A stretch of DNA of 24,344 nucleotides from Nitrospinota bacterium (GCA_046581755.1 JAYGFR010000328.1:1-24344), one strand, 5' to 3'; positions 1 through 9,577 are shown, counted from the first letter of the stretch. Notes: a model not told the origin generated them from the sequence alone. Made by a program: numbers and translations.

Positions 1-140
1 AGGCCGCACAGTTCATTGGGCTACCGGCCTCCTGCACCCGATACAAAAGAACCATGGCCTCCGGGCTTCGCTCCGCTTCGCCCGTCGTCCATGGTTCCAA
101 GGCTCTCATAGGAAATGGTACAACTATCGGGGGCAGGTTA
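1..140 (+). mobile_element. Right end of an IS3-family insertion sequence: transposase C-terminus (1-111) plus terminal region ending ~140
   Basis: Frame 1 reads RPHSSLGYRPPAP...*, the typical C-terminus of the IS3 integrase core. It is followed by GGTACAACTATCGGGGGCAGGTTA, which resembles IS3/IS407-group right ends (...GGGGGCAGGTCA). Confidence 0.8.
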
Positions 141-326
141 ATCCCCGAGGCGGTGTTTCTCGCCGACCGGGTCATCGTCATGACGGCGAGGCCCGGAAAA
201 ATCGCCGAGACAATTCCCGTGGACATCGCGCGGCCGCGCTCATTGTCCACCATGGGGGACGAGAAATTCGTCTCCCTCACCCAGCGAATTCGAAAATTAT
301 TTTATGTAGAGGGCTCGCTGGATTAA
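141..326 (+). pseudogene. 3' fragment of a NitT/TauT-type ABC transporter ATP-binding gene, cut by the IS3 element
   Basis: IPEAVFLADRVIVMTARPGKI...DIARPR is the segment just after the H-loop in TauB/SsuB-type ATPases. It starts directly after the IS end, and the ORF-track N-terminus (54-140) is IS sequence. Confidence 0.8.
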
Positions 327-341
327 TAGGACGCGCCTGAC

Positions 342-1151
342 ATGGAAAAACTCATCATTACCAACTGCGCCGCCGACAGCCGCAAGCATCCGGGCGTGCC
401 CAAGCGCCTCCAGACGCCCGAGGCGGTCGCCGCGGAAATCCGGGGCAGCTACGAGGCCGGCGCCGCCATCGCCCACATTCACGGCACCCCGATGAAGCTC
501 GAAAGCTGGGAGCCACTCACCGAGGCGGTCCGTGAAAGCTGCCCCGAGGCGCTGATTCAATTCGGGATTGCCGCCATGGGCCTGAAGGGGCGGGAGAAGA
601 TCATCCACCTTCGCCCCGATATGGCCTCCATCGCTCTGGGTTCGCACGATTTCGCGTTCGTTGACGCCGACTTGCTCGTCGAGCACTCCCGCCAGGAGAT
701 CGAGGATCAGGTCCGGCTATTCAACGACAACGGCGTCAAGCCCGAATTCGAGTGCTTCAACCTGGGCCACCTCTGGAACCTGGCCTGGCTCCTGGACAAG
801 GGCATCGTCGCGTCGCCGGTGGTGATCACGATCTTTTTCGGCTGGCCGGGAGGATTTTATTCGCCGCCGACGCTCAAGGAGCTGCTCCACCGGATCGAGC
901 ACCTTCCCGAGGGCTGCATTTTCTCGGTCAGCGCCGCCGGCCCCACCCACAATGCCCTCGAAACGGTTTCGATCATCCAGGGCGGCCACGTCCGCGTGGG
1001 CACCGAGGACGAGCCCTACTACACCGAGGGCGTTCTCTGCGAGAACAACGCGCAACTCGTCTCGCGCATCGCGAGAATCTCCCGGGACCTGGGCCGCGAA
1101 ATCGCCACGGTGGAGGAGGCGCGGCGGATCCTCGGCCTTCCGGCCCCCTAG
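342..1151 (+). CDS. Beta-keto acid cleavage enzyme (BKACE/Kce, DUF849) family protein
   Basis: Motifs EKLIIT, AGAAIAHIH (Zn ligands), KPEFECF, GGHVRVGTED and NAQLV...IATVEEARRILGL. Confidence 0.92.
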   Translation: MEKLIITNCAADSRKHPGVPKRLQTPEAVAAEIRGSYEAGAAIAHIHGTPMKLESWEPLTEAVRESCPEALIQFGIAAMGLKGREKIIHLRPDMASIALGSHDFAFVDADLLVEHSRQEIEDQVRLFNDNGVKPEFECFNLGHLWNLAWLLDKGIVASPVVITIFFGWPGGFYSPPTLKELLHRIEHLPEGCIFSVSAAGPTHNALETVSIIQGGHVRVGTEDEPYYTEGVLCENNAQLVSRIARISRDLGREIATVEEARRILGLPAP

Positions 1152-1234
1152 ATCGGAATCCACAGGGCCGGGCCTCACCGCCCCGGCTGTCCCTTTGACG
1201 TTTATTTTCTGAAATTATTTTCAGGAGCCGAGAC

Positions 1235-2911
1235 ATGCCAAAAATGACGGGTGCGCAGTTTCTTTCGGATACGCTCAAGGGTTACGGCGTAACCCACATC
1301 TTCTTCGTCCCCACCATCCTGAGCCACATGCTCGCGCGGATCGACAAGAGTGGGAGCAACATCGCCCGGGTGCTCACCCACGGGGAGAAGGCGGCCGCCT
1401 ACATGGCGGACGGCTACGCCCGGGCCTCGGGCCGACCCGGACTTTGCATGGCCCAGATCGTGGGCGGGGTGAACCTGGCGGCCGGCCTTCGGGACGCCTG
1501 GCTGGCCTGTACGCCCATCATCGCCTTCTCGGGCGGGACCACCCCCGCCGAGCGCTACCGCAACTCCTACCAAGAGGTGGAGGACATCTCGGCCTTCGAC
1601 CCCGTGACGAAGTTCAACGCCCACGTGGACAGCGTGGAGCGCTTTCCGGATCTCCTGCGCCAGGCGTTCCGGGCGGCCACATCCGGAACCCCCGGTCCGG
1701 TCCATCTCCGCTTCGCGGGGAACCTCGGGCAGGTCGAGCAACAAGAGGCCGACCTCGAAGTCATCGTCGAGGAACAGTTCTCCCGCGTGCCGCCCTACCG
1801 GCCCGAGCCCGACGGGGAAAGTGTCGCCCGGGCGGCGCGGTTACTCGCGGCGGCGAAAAAACCCATTATCGTCTCGGGCGGCGGCGTTCGCACCTCGGGC
1901 GCGGGCGCCGAGATCGTCGAACTCGCCGAAAAGCTCCAGATTCCCATCGCCACCTCGATGAACGGAAAGGACACCGTCTCCGGGAACCATCCCCTCGCGA
2001 TCGGTAGCTCGGGCTCCTATCCCCGCCGGACCGCCAACCAGCTCGTGCGGGAGGCGGACCTCGTCTTTTTTGCTGGCACCCAGACCGGGGGCATGGTCAC
2101 CCACTTCTGGTCGGTGCCCCCCATCGGGACCCCGGCCATCCAGCTCGACATCGACCCCGAGGAGCTGGGGCGCAACTATCCCCTCCAGGCCTCCATCATG
2201 GGCGATGCCAAGGTCTCCCTGAGAAAACTCATCGACGCGGCGGACGCCTCGACCGCGCCATTGCGAAAGGAGTGGGTCGAACATTGCCAGGAAATGGTGG
2301 CCGAATGGAGAGCCGAGGCCGCCCCGCTCCTCAACTCGGACAGCACTCCCATCCGGCCCGAGCGCATCTGCCAAGTCTTCAGTGACTTTTTGCCCTCCGA
2401 TGCCATCGTCGTCGCCGACACGGGCCATTCGGGCATGTGGACGGGAGGCTATCTCGACCTGAACAGCCCGGATCAAAGCTTCATTCGCGCGGCGGGCCAT
2501 CTGGGCTGGGGGTTCCCGGCCTCCCTCGGCGCAAAATGCGGCGCGACCGACAGGCCCGTAGTCCTTTTCACGGGCGATGCCGGTTTCTGGTACCACATCG
2601 CCGAGATCGAAACGGCGGTGCGCTGGGGGATCAACACGATCATCATGGTGAACAACAACGGCTCCCAGAACCAGGAGACCAAGATTTTCGACGAAGCCTA
2701 CGGCGGCAAGCAACCCGAATCGGGTCACGACCTGTGGCACTTCGGCAAGACGAACTTCAAGGCCATCGCCGAGTCGATGGGGGCGGCGGCCATTCGCGTG
2801 GAAAAACCGGGCGAGCTCCAGGGCGCGCTCGAGCAGGCTCTGGAAATCAAAAAGGGCCCGGTTATCCTGGATGTTGTCACCGACATTGAAGCGCTTGCGC
2901 CCCGGCCGTAG
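1235..2911 (+). CDS. Thiamine-diphosphate-dependent enzyme, acetolactate synthase large subunit-like
   Basis: HGEKAAAYMADGYARASGRPG, AFRAATSGTPGPVHL and the ThDP motif GDAG...NNN. RBS AGGAG upstream. Confidence 0.92.
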   Translation: MPKMTGAQFLSDTLKGYGVTHIFFVPTILSHMLARIDKSGSNIARVLTHGEKAAAYMADGYARASGRPGLCMAQIVGGVNLAAGLRDAWLACTPIIAFSGGTTPAERYRNSYQEVEDISAFDPVTKFNAHVDSVERFPDLLRQAFRAATSGTPGPVHLRFAGNLGQVEQQEADLEVIVEEQFSRVPPYRPEPDGESVARAARLLAAAKKPIIVSGGGVRTSGAGAEIVELAEKLQIPIATSMNGKDTVSGNHPLAIGSSGSYPRRTANQLVREADLVFFAGTQTGGMVTHFWSVPPIGTPAIQLDIDPEELGRNYPLQASIMGDAKVSLRKLIDAADASTAPLRKEWVEHCQEMVAEWRAEAAPLLNSDSTPIRPERICQVFSDFLPSDAIVVADTGHSGMWTGGYLDLNSPDQSFIRAAGHLGWGFPASLGAKCGATDRPVVLFTGDAGFWYHIAEIETAVRWGINTIIMVNNNGSQNQETKIFDEAYGGKQPESGHDLWHFGKTNFKAIAESMGAAAIRVEKPGELQGALEQALEIKKGPVILDVVTDIEALAPRP

Positions 2912-2941
2912 CCGCCCCGTCCCGCGCCGGATGGGCGCTCC

Positions 2942-4315
2942 GTGAGTGGGCGGGGGACCGGCGCCAGGGCCCGCTACGATTACACTCAGGGCTCCATCCG
3001 CCGGGGGATGCTGCGCCTGTCCATCCCGGTTTTCTTCGAGCTCCTCGCCTGGAACATCGACTCCATCCTCGAGCTTTTCTGGGTGGGACAACTCGGCGCA
3101 CCGGCGCTGGCGGCCATGTCGCTCGGCTTCATGGTGTTGATGTTCGTGCGAGCGCTGGGAATGGCCAACCGGACCGCGGGGCAGGCACTCTTGGCCCAGC
3201 GTATCGGGGCGGGAGACATCGAGGGCGCCTCCCGCTTGGCGGGCCAGATGATCGTCCTTCAGCTCATCCTCTTCACACCCATCATCGCCGCGGGGATCGC
3301 GGGCGCTCCGGTATTCATGGCCATGATCTCGGGCGATCCCGAAATCGTCCACCTCGGCACGATCTATCTTCGCGCCGGGTTTTCCATGCTCTTTTTCATC
3401 GACGGGATTTTCACCCTCGCCGCCATTTTCCGGGGCTCGGGAGAGCCGGGCTTTTCCCTCACGGGCATGATCGTCAACTCGATATCCGGCTTCGCGGCCA
3501 TGCCCCTGCTCGTCTTCGGAGCCGGGCCTATTCCCGCGCTGGGAATCGCGGGTGCGACGCTCGGCCTGGGTGTGGGGCGCCTGGCCGGCTGCGCGGTCAT
3601 GCTCGGCTTTCTCTTCTCGGGCAGATGCCGCATCCACCTAAGCCTCTCCGATCTCCTGCCCCGGCCCCATCTTCTGCTTCGAATCGCCGAGCTGGGCTGG
3701 CCCATCGGGGGGCAAAATTTCTTCGAGCGCGGGGCGAACCTCGTGCTGATCGGCTTGCTCTCCCCCTTCGGCGGAGTCGCCCTGGCCGCCTGGGGGATCG
3801 GCAACCGGGTGAGCAATATGGGGCGGATGACGGCATTCGCCCTGCAGAGCGCCGTGCGGACCATGGTGGGCCAGAATATCGGAGCCCAGCGGCCCGAACG
3901 CGCGAGGCGGGCCGCCTGGGCCACCATCGGGGCGGTATTCATCATTCTCTCGTGCACGACGAGCGCCATCTTCCTCTGGGCCCCCGAGATCATCCGCTTC
4001 TTCGGGATGTCGGGCGAGGCGATGCCCGCCGGAATTGCGTGCCTTCGCATCCTGTGCCTCGGAATCGTCTTCGAGGGAACGCGCCGGGTCATCTCGGGAA
4101 TCTTCGAGGGCGCCGCCCAGACGAAGCCGCCCATGTTTGTCGAGGCCCTGATCCGCTGGCCGGTAATGCTTCCCATGGCCTACGGCGCATCGGTGTGGCT
4201 CGGCCTCCGGGAGTCGGGAATCTGGTGGGCGGTCGCGGGAAGCCAGGTCCTGGGCGGGCTGGCGCTGTTATTCTGGTTCAAGTTCGGCTGGGAGCGGCGG
4301 ATCCGGGAGAGCTAG
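2942..4315 (+). CDS. MATE family efflux transporter
   Basis: DYTQGSIRRGMLRLSIP, VGQLGAPALAA, GIAGATLG and VGQNIGA; many hydrophobic segments. Confidence 0.92.
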   Translation: MSGRGTGARARYDYTQGSIRRGMLRLSIPVFFELLAWNIDSILELFWVGQLGAPALAAMSLGFMVLMFVRALGMANRTAGQALLAQRIGAGDIEGASRLAGQMIVLQLILFTPIIAAGIAGAPVFMAMISGDPEIVHLGTIYLRAGFSMLFFIDGIFTLAAIFRGSGEPGFSLTGMIVNSISGFAAMPLLVFGAGPIPALGIAGATLGLGVGRLAGCAVMLGFLFSGRCRIHLSLSDLLPRPHLLLRIAELGWPIGGQNFFERGANLVLIGLLSPFGGVALAAWGIGNRVSNMGRMTAFALQSAVRTMVGQNIGAQRPERARRAAWATIGAVFIILSCTTSAIFLWAPEIIRFFGMSGEAMPAGIACLRILCLGIVFEGTRRVISGIFEGAAQTKPPMFVEALIRWPVMLPMAYGASVWLGLRESGIWWAVAGSQVLGGLALLFWFKFGWERRIRES

Positions 4316-4420
4316 ATTTTCCGCCCTCAATATGCGATCAAATGATCGGATGGACGAGCTGCCGCATTCTGGCCCGGCCTGCCCGACACCCGAGCCCGCC
4401 CTGCATTCCGAGACAATGCC

Positions 4421-5041
4421 ATGCTCACATTTTTCACCGTCGTTTTAATTGGCTCCCTAGCCTATGCGCTCGGGTCGGTCTCGCCCGGCTGGTTCGCCGG
4501 CCGGGCCCGTGGGCTCGATTTGCGCTTCGAGGGCCAGGAGACGCTCGGCTTTGTGAACGCGGCGAATGTCCTCGGAACGTCCGTCGGGGTGATGGTCTTC
4601 GCCGCCGATCTGTTCAAGGGATATCTCGCCGTCGGAGCCGCCCTGTTGTTCACCGACTCTCCCTGGATGGGGGTCCTGGCGGGGCTGGCGGCGGTGGCCG
4701 GGCAAATCTGGCCCCTGTTTCACGATTTCTCTGGCGGAAGGGGAGGCGCCACCGCGGCGGGCGTTCTGGTCGCGGCCTCTCCCTGGACGCTGGCGATTTC
4801 GGTGACGCTCCTGGCTCTGCTGGCCGCTGTCACCGGGCGCAGGGCGCACGCCGAGGTGTTGGCCATCGTTCTTCTGCCCGGCATCGCCATCCTGACCGAG
4901 CGGGGAGATCTGGTGCAGATATCGCTCACCCTCCTGCTGGCGGCGCTTCTGATGACGCCACGCTGGAAGAGCGTCGAGGTCCTTCTCGGCGCGCGCAAGG
5001 CAAACGAAAACGGCGGGTCCGAAGACCCGCCGCTCGAATAA
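4421..5041 (+). CDS. PlsY (glycerol-3-phosphate acyltransferase, DUF205)-like membrane protein with degenerate catalytic motifs
   Basis: AYALGSVS, GLDLRFEG, DLFKG and AAVAGQIWPLF...FSGGRGGAT match PlsY, but motifs 1 and 3 are altered. Confidence 0.8.
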   Translation: MLTFFTVVLIGSLAYALGSVSPGWFAGRARGLDLRFEGQETLGFVNAANVLGTSVGVMVFAADLFKGYLAVGAALLFTDSPWMGVLAGLAAVAGQIWPLFHDFSGGRGGATAAGVLVAASPWTLAISVTLLALLAAVTGRRAHAEVLAIVLLPGIAILTERGDLVQISLTLLLAALLMTPRWKSVEVLLGARKANENGGSEDPPLE

Positions 5042-5088
5042 CTCTTCATCCCACCCGATATGACCCGGCCGCTCTCCCCCGAAAGGCG

Positions 5089-6582
5089 TTATTCCTCACC
5101 CAGCAGGTAGCGGATCACCTCATTCGCGGAATAGGAGGTTTTTCCATTTTTCAGGAATCGGGCAATCCGGTTGATGTCGTTTCCGGACGTCACCAGAGGC
5201 AATTCGACGTAGCCCGACTCACGGACCTGCGGAAGGCCGATGTTGGAGAAAAGTGCGTTGCAGAGGCATTTCCGGCCTTGGGTATTATCCAGGCTTCCGC
5301 CTTTTTTCTCGTAATCTTCCAGGGGCTCCGACGGGCAGCGGTAGCAGATTTTCCCGTCCCCGCGCAGATAAGTTTGATGCAAATAACCCAAATCGCATTT
5401 TCGCGGGCGGGCTTCGTACATCTCTTTTTCCGAGTTGGTTTCTTCGAGTAACACCACCTTGAAGGGAAAGTTGGTGGGAGAAGCCACGGGGTCGGTAAAC
5501 ACCTCGGCCTCCCCCCGAACCGCTTTTTGATATACCGCCCGCTTGATGTCCTCCGCGAAGCCGGACTCCTCACAGTAGGCGAATAGGGTCCCCGCTTGAA
5601 CCCCGGTGGCGCCCAGCGCTTTCATCTCTTTTAGCTTTTCCGGATCGGCGCAGGAGCCCGCCACCCAGAACGGCAGCCCCAAGTCCTTGATCCGGGCAAG
5701 ATCGACAACATCCTTGGGGCCATAGAGGGGCTCTCCGGCATCGTCCAGCTTAAGCGGCCCGCGCGGTGGCGCATTGTGCCCCCCCGCCGTTGGTCCCTCG
5801 ATGATGAATCCGTTCACTTTTCCGGCGGATTTTTTTATCAACGTCATCGCCAGGGTGACCGAGGCGACGATCGCCAGGAACTCGGGACGCTTGATAGGGG
5901 GGAAATACCCGGGGATCACCTTCCGGGGCTCGAACCGAGAATAAAAATTTTGACCGCTCTGCGTGTCCGCCACATTTATCCGGAGGGATGTTTCTTCGTG
6001 GCAGGCCAATTTATCGAGTACGCCGGGGATTTCCCGGGGAATTCCCGCCCCCATCAGCACAAAATCAACGCCCGCCAGCATCGCCCCGTAGAGAGAAAAG
6101 ATGTTGGGCAACTGGATTTTCTCCAGCAGGTTGATACCGACCAGTCCGGCGTGTCCTTCCTTGGCCAGCCAAACCTCGGTGAAGTTCGCCGCAACCGTCA
6201 ATTCTTGCAGGCGCCGGCCGGGCGTGATGCTGAATTTCGGTATGCCCTTGTATGGCGCATCGGCCTTTTTGCCGCCCGGGATGTAATACCAGGAGACCAA
6301 CCGCTCGGCGATTTCGGGCACGGGAAAATTTTCCAGCGCCCGGCGCATGTGGCCGCCGGGGTCGCCGTCCTGGAGCCGGCGCGCCAGAATGGTGTCCAGC
6401 GCCGTTCCGGACACCACCCCCATCTGGCCGGTCCGGGCAACCGCGTTCGCCAGACGCCAACTCGATACGCCAGCCCCCATACCGCCTTGAATGATCGGAG
6501 GGTAGACTTTTTCAGATTTGCTTTCGGTTTTTTCGGGTGCGAGCACCGCCTGCCTTTTGTGCTCGACCACCAAGACTTCCAT
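5089..6582 (-). CDS. Nitronate monooxygenase / FabK-like FMN oxidoreductase with a Cys-rich C-terminus (start uncertain)
   Basis: PIIQGGMGAGVS, EGPTAGGHN and GATGVQAGTLF; Cys motifs CDLGYL, RCPSEP and RKCLCNAL. Confidence 0.88.
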   Translation of the reverse strand: MEVLVVEHKRQAVLAPEKTESKSEKVYPPIIQGGMGAGVSSWRLANAVARTGQMGVVSGTALDTILARRLQDGDPGGHMRRALENFPVPEIAERLVSWYYIPGGKKADAPYKGIPKFSITPGRRLQELTVAANFTEVWLAKEGHAGLVGINLLEKIQLPNIFSLYGAMLAGVDFVLMGAGIPREIPGVLDKLACHEETSLRINVADTQSGQNFYSRFEPRKVIPGYFPPIKRPEFLAIVASVTLAMTLIKKSAGKVNGFIIEGPTAGGHNAPPRGPLKLDDAGEPLYGPKDVVDLARIKDLGLPFWVAGSCADPEKLKEMKALGATGVQAGTLFAYCEESGFAEDIKRAVYQKAVRGEAEVFTDPVASPTNFPFKVVLLEETNSEKEMYEARPRKCDLGYLHQTYLRGDGKICYRCPSEPLEDYEKKGGSLDNTQGRKCLCNALFSNIGLPQVRESGYVELPLVTSGNDINRIARFLKNGKTSYSANEVIRYLLGEE

Positions 6583-6759
6583 CAGTACGATTTCTCTCTA
6601 TGGTGCGGGAAACTTGAGGAACCTAGAAAACATCTTTGTCTCTGACAAAGGACAAGGCGAATGGGCGTATCCTTAAGAAATACTAGGGCTTTTCAGGCCC
6701 AACGTCCACCCCAATGCCGCGCTCCGGGCAATCGGCCGCCGGCGGAAGGGCCTTATTCA

Positions 6760-7380
6760 GCCTTATTCCCCCAGAGTTCTTCAAGCAACCTGTCATGCAT
6801 CCCCCCAGTATCTATATCGAGGAAAATGCCCTGGACAAAGGGCCTAAGCCATGTCCCATTGGGTGTCCCGGACATCTCCCTGCGTTCCCAGGAATGCCCT
6901 GGCGGCTTCCCCTGTGGCAGCCCGGCGGCCCCCCACTCGATGACTTCATAGAGGGAGCTGAACGCCAGTAAGATGGTCGCGGTGAGGAAAAAAGGCACCC
7001 GCCTTTTTCGAAGGGGGATTTTCACATCGGAATTTCCCGGACAAGGGTGGCCGGAATGAATCTCTGCGCAAAGCGCCCGAGGCGGCCATAGTGATTGCGG
7101 GCATGACCGAAATCGTCTCGTATCCAAAAAAAGGGGCACCTGGCATAGGTGTCATGCGCCCTGATCAGCAAAATGACCGAATGCACTAAAATCATGATTC
7201 GCCTAGGGAGGTGAAGTGGAACCAGGGATAGACGATGGAGAGACCCGGGATGCCGGCGGTGACCGGTGCGGCCTCCAGAATTCAGGGGAACCAGTCGTGG
7301 GGGTTGACCTCGGACCAGACAGATACGGGCTACAGGGCCAAAAGAAGCAAAACCTCTCTTGCCCCGCCGCCCTTTACCAT
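6760..7380 (-). pseudogene. Degraded DUF2238 (YjdF-like) membrane protein gene with several frameshifts and stops
   Basis: Fragments lie in different minus-strand frames but in the correct order: LEAAPV, ILVHSVILLIRAHDTYA, WIRDDFGHARNHYGRLGRFAQRFIPATLVREI, SSLYEVIEW, GEAARAFLGTQGDVRDTQWDMA*. Confidence 0.8.
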
Positions 7381-7384
7381 CTGG

Positions 7385-7474
7385 CTACTCCGCCGCCGCC
7401 TTTTTGGCCTCTATGCCGAGCCCGGCCTTCATCGTCTCCGGGAACTCTTTTCGATCGACAATTTCCCGGTACAT
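7385..7474 (-). other. Short ORF (29 aa, MYREIVDRKEFPETMKAGLGIEAKKAAAE); second copy of a repeat flanking the cupredoxin gene
   Basis: 24/25-nt match between 7423-7447 and 7918-7942, with weaker similarity extending to both ATGs (7474, 7970). Confidence 0.45.
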
Positions 7475-7496
7475 CCCAATCCCCCGAGGAGGCCCC

Positions 7497-7877
7497 TCAG
7501 CGGACCTCGATGAAACCCTCCATCCCCATTTTTCGGTGGAGGAACCTGTCGCAATAAATCGTGTAGCGGCCCGCACTCGGCGCACGGAAGGAGACCACGG
7601 CCGCACCGCCTCCTTCGATGTCCACTTCCTTGACGACTTTTCCATCCGGGGACAATAGGGTGAAATTGTGTTTGACGAAGGAGGTGTTCCGCACCCGCAG
7701 CCGGACCTCGCGGCCCGCGCGAACCCGTATCTGGTTGGGCACGAATCCAAAACTAACTGCCTCCACATTCACTTCCTCCACGCCCGGACCCACGGATCTT
7801 CCCCGCCCCTCTCGCACTGGGACTCCCAGGCAACCCGCAACCAGAAGGCTCGCAACTCCAAGAGCCAGCCCCCTCAT
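7497..7877 (-). CDS. Cupredoxin-domain (type-1 copper) protein, probable lipoprotein
   Basis: Signal peptide with lipobox MRGLALGVASLLVAGC; FVPNQIRVRAG, KHNF and GRYTIYCDRFLHRKMGMEG (His/Cys/His/Met ligands). An alternative in-frame start lies at 7970. Confidence 0.85.
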   Translation of the reverse strand: MRGLALGVASLLVAGCLGVPVREGRGRSVGPGVEEVNVEAVSFGFVPNQIRVRAGREVRLRVRNTSFVKHNFTLLSPDGKVVKEVDIEGGGAAVVSFRAPSAGRYTIYCDRFLHRKMGMEGFIEVR

Positions 7878-8005
7878 CTGAATCCGGGTCGCCCTCCGGC
7901 GAGGCGGACGGCGAACACGGCCTTCATCGCCTCCGGGAACTCCATGCTGGTCCACGATTTCCTGATTCATTTTCTCAACCTCCTCGGCGAATTGTCCTCT
8001 GATAC

Positions 8006-8734
8006 CTAGACGGAAGGAAAGAGGCGAAGCCCCACGTTGGGCGATCCCGGCGCATGGACGAGCTTTCGGACCACGGCATCGGTCCAGGCTTCCTTTTCGG
8101 GATTGCCCTTTTCATGCTTCGGGAATTCGGCGTCCCGGACCTCGAGGGAGACAAATTCGTAGAGAACCGAATGCTTGGCCCACGACGAGGCGGAAACCAG
8201 CTTGCGGCAGCCGATGCAGCCGGGCAGGGTCTCCATGCAGGGAAGCCGCCACTGGGCGTACCAGGCGCCAAGCTCGTCTTCGTCCTCGAGCTTGCCCGAG
8301 TTGAAGCTGCCCATCTGGATACAGGGGCCGGGCGTCATGTCCGCGCTCCGCTGGCTCACCTCGGGGCCGTCCACCCGCGTCTCTTCGACGAAGATTGCCG
8401 AGCGCACCCCGATCCGTCGGCCCAACATCTCCTTGGCGTCGGCCGGATAGGTTTCGGCGAGTTCGGCGGGTGTCGGGTCGAAAAAAGGACCCGTCGTCTC
8501 CGCGCCGAACAGGAGAATGAAGCGGTCTCCCGCCGGAATGCCCGTGTCCGGCGTGTGGGACAGGCGCCCCTCCACGTTGTTGATCACCTTTTCCTCGGAG
8601 GCATAGTGCGCCGCCCACAGATAGCCCGGCCGCTCGAGCGCCTCGGGCAGATGAACCTCGTGAAGCCAGCCCAGATATTCGTCCCGCCCCTCTTCCGGCA
8701 GATCGTACCAAGTCGCCCAAATTCCTCGGTCCAT
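8006..8734 (-). CDS. Uncharacterised two-domain EthD/DUF4286-like (dimeric alpha/beta barrel) protein, paralogue A
   Basis: Two related halves: DEYLGWLHEVHLPEALERPGYLWAAHY and ELGAWYAQWRLPCMETLPGCIGCRKL...VLYEF. RBS AGGAG. Confidence 0.75.
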   Translation of the reverse strand: MDRGIWATWYDLPEEGRDEYLGWLHEVHLPEALERPGYLWAAHYASEEKVINNVEGRLSHTPDTGIPAGDRFILLFGAETTGPFFDPTPAELAETYPADAKEMLGRRIGVRSAIFVEETRVDGPEVSQRSADMTPGPCIQMGSFNSGKLEDEDELGAWYAQWRLPCMETLPGCIGCRKLVSASSWAKHSVLYEFVSLEVRDAEFPKHEKGNPEKEAWTDAVVRKLVHAPGSPNVGLRLFPSV

Positions 8735-8770
8735 GGATTTCTCCTTTCCATCAATATCGATAAGAACAGC

Positions 8771-9508
8771 CTACGCCTCCGGCCAGATGCGGGACCCGAC
8801 CAACGGAGAGCAGGGCGCGTGGATGACGTATTCGTGAATCCGGGATGTCCAAGTGCCCTCTTCGAGGCCCTCTTCCTCGTGCGGGATGAAATGCGAATCG
8901 CGCATGCCGGCGGATACAAATTCGTAGAGAATGGAATGCTTGCCCCAGCCAGCCGATGCGACCAGCTTCCGCGCGCCGATGGAGCCGGGCATCGTCTTCA
9001 TGAACGGAAGGCGGACCTGGGCGTACCATCCGCCCAGATCGTGCTCGTTCTCCGGGCCATCTACGTTGAAGTTGCCCATCTGGATATAGGGTCCGGGGGC
9101 GGTTTGGGCGGGGCGCGAGGCCGCATCGGGGCCGTCCACGCGCGCCTCCTCCGAGAACACGCACATGTTCAGCCCGATCCGCCGGCTCACGATCTTCTTC
9201 GTTTCCTCGCTCTGGCGCTCCTTGATCTGAGGAAAGTTCGGGTCGAAGAAACTGTGCGGCGACTCGGCGCCGATGAGGAAGAGATAGTCCTTTCCCGATC
9301 CGACATCGGACTCCCCGGCGCGCATCATGTCCTTGACCACCTCGTGGAAGCGGGCCCCGCCCCCCTCGTTTTTATAGTGGGCCGCCCAGCAGTAGTCCTC
9401 TCGCTTTGAGAGCAGTTCGGGGAGATGAACCTCGTGAAACCAGGAGAGATATTCCTCTTCCCCATCCTCGGGAAGATCGTACCAAAGAGCAAAGATTCCT
9501 CGATCCAT
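8771..9508 (-). CDS. Uncharacterised two-domain EthD/DUF4286-like protein, paralogue B
   Basis: Collinear with paralogue A: MDRGI..WYDLPE, HEVHLPE, EEARVDGP, IQMGNFN, WYAQ.RLP and KHS.LYEFVS. Confidence 0.75.
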   Translation of the reverse strand: MDRGIFALWYDLPEDGEEEYLSWFHEVHLPELLSKREDYCWAAHYKNEGGGARFHEVVKDMMRAGESDVGSGKDYLFLIGAESPHSFFDPNFPQIKERQSEETKKIVSRRIGLNMCVFSEEARVDGPDAASRPAQTAPGPYIQMGNFNVDGPENEHDLGGWYAQVRLPFMKTMPGSIGARKLVASAGWGKHSILYEFVSAGMRDSHFIPHEEEGLEEGTWTSRIHEYVIHAPCSPLVGSRIWPEA

Positions 9509-9577
9509 GGATCACTCCAAAGTAAACCGGATGGCGGCGGAGCCCCGGAGGACATTCCCCGCGGGGAACCGGCGGCG

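Noticed and set aside
1841..5451. Long antisense or alternative-frame ORFs (598 aa and 608 aa; similar ones at 8054-9409, 10843-11889, 12400-13470 and 22320-23360)
   Set aside because: These are shadow ORFs expected in GC-rich DNA. They overlap well-supported genes and carry no motifs.
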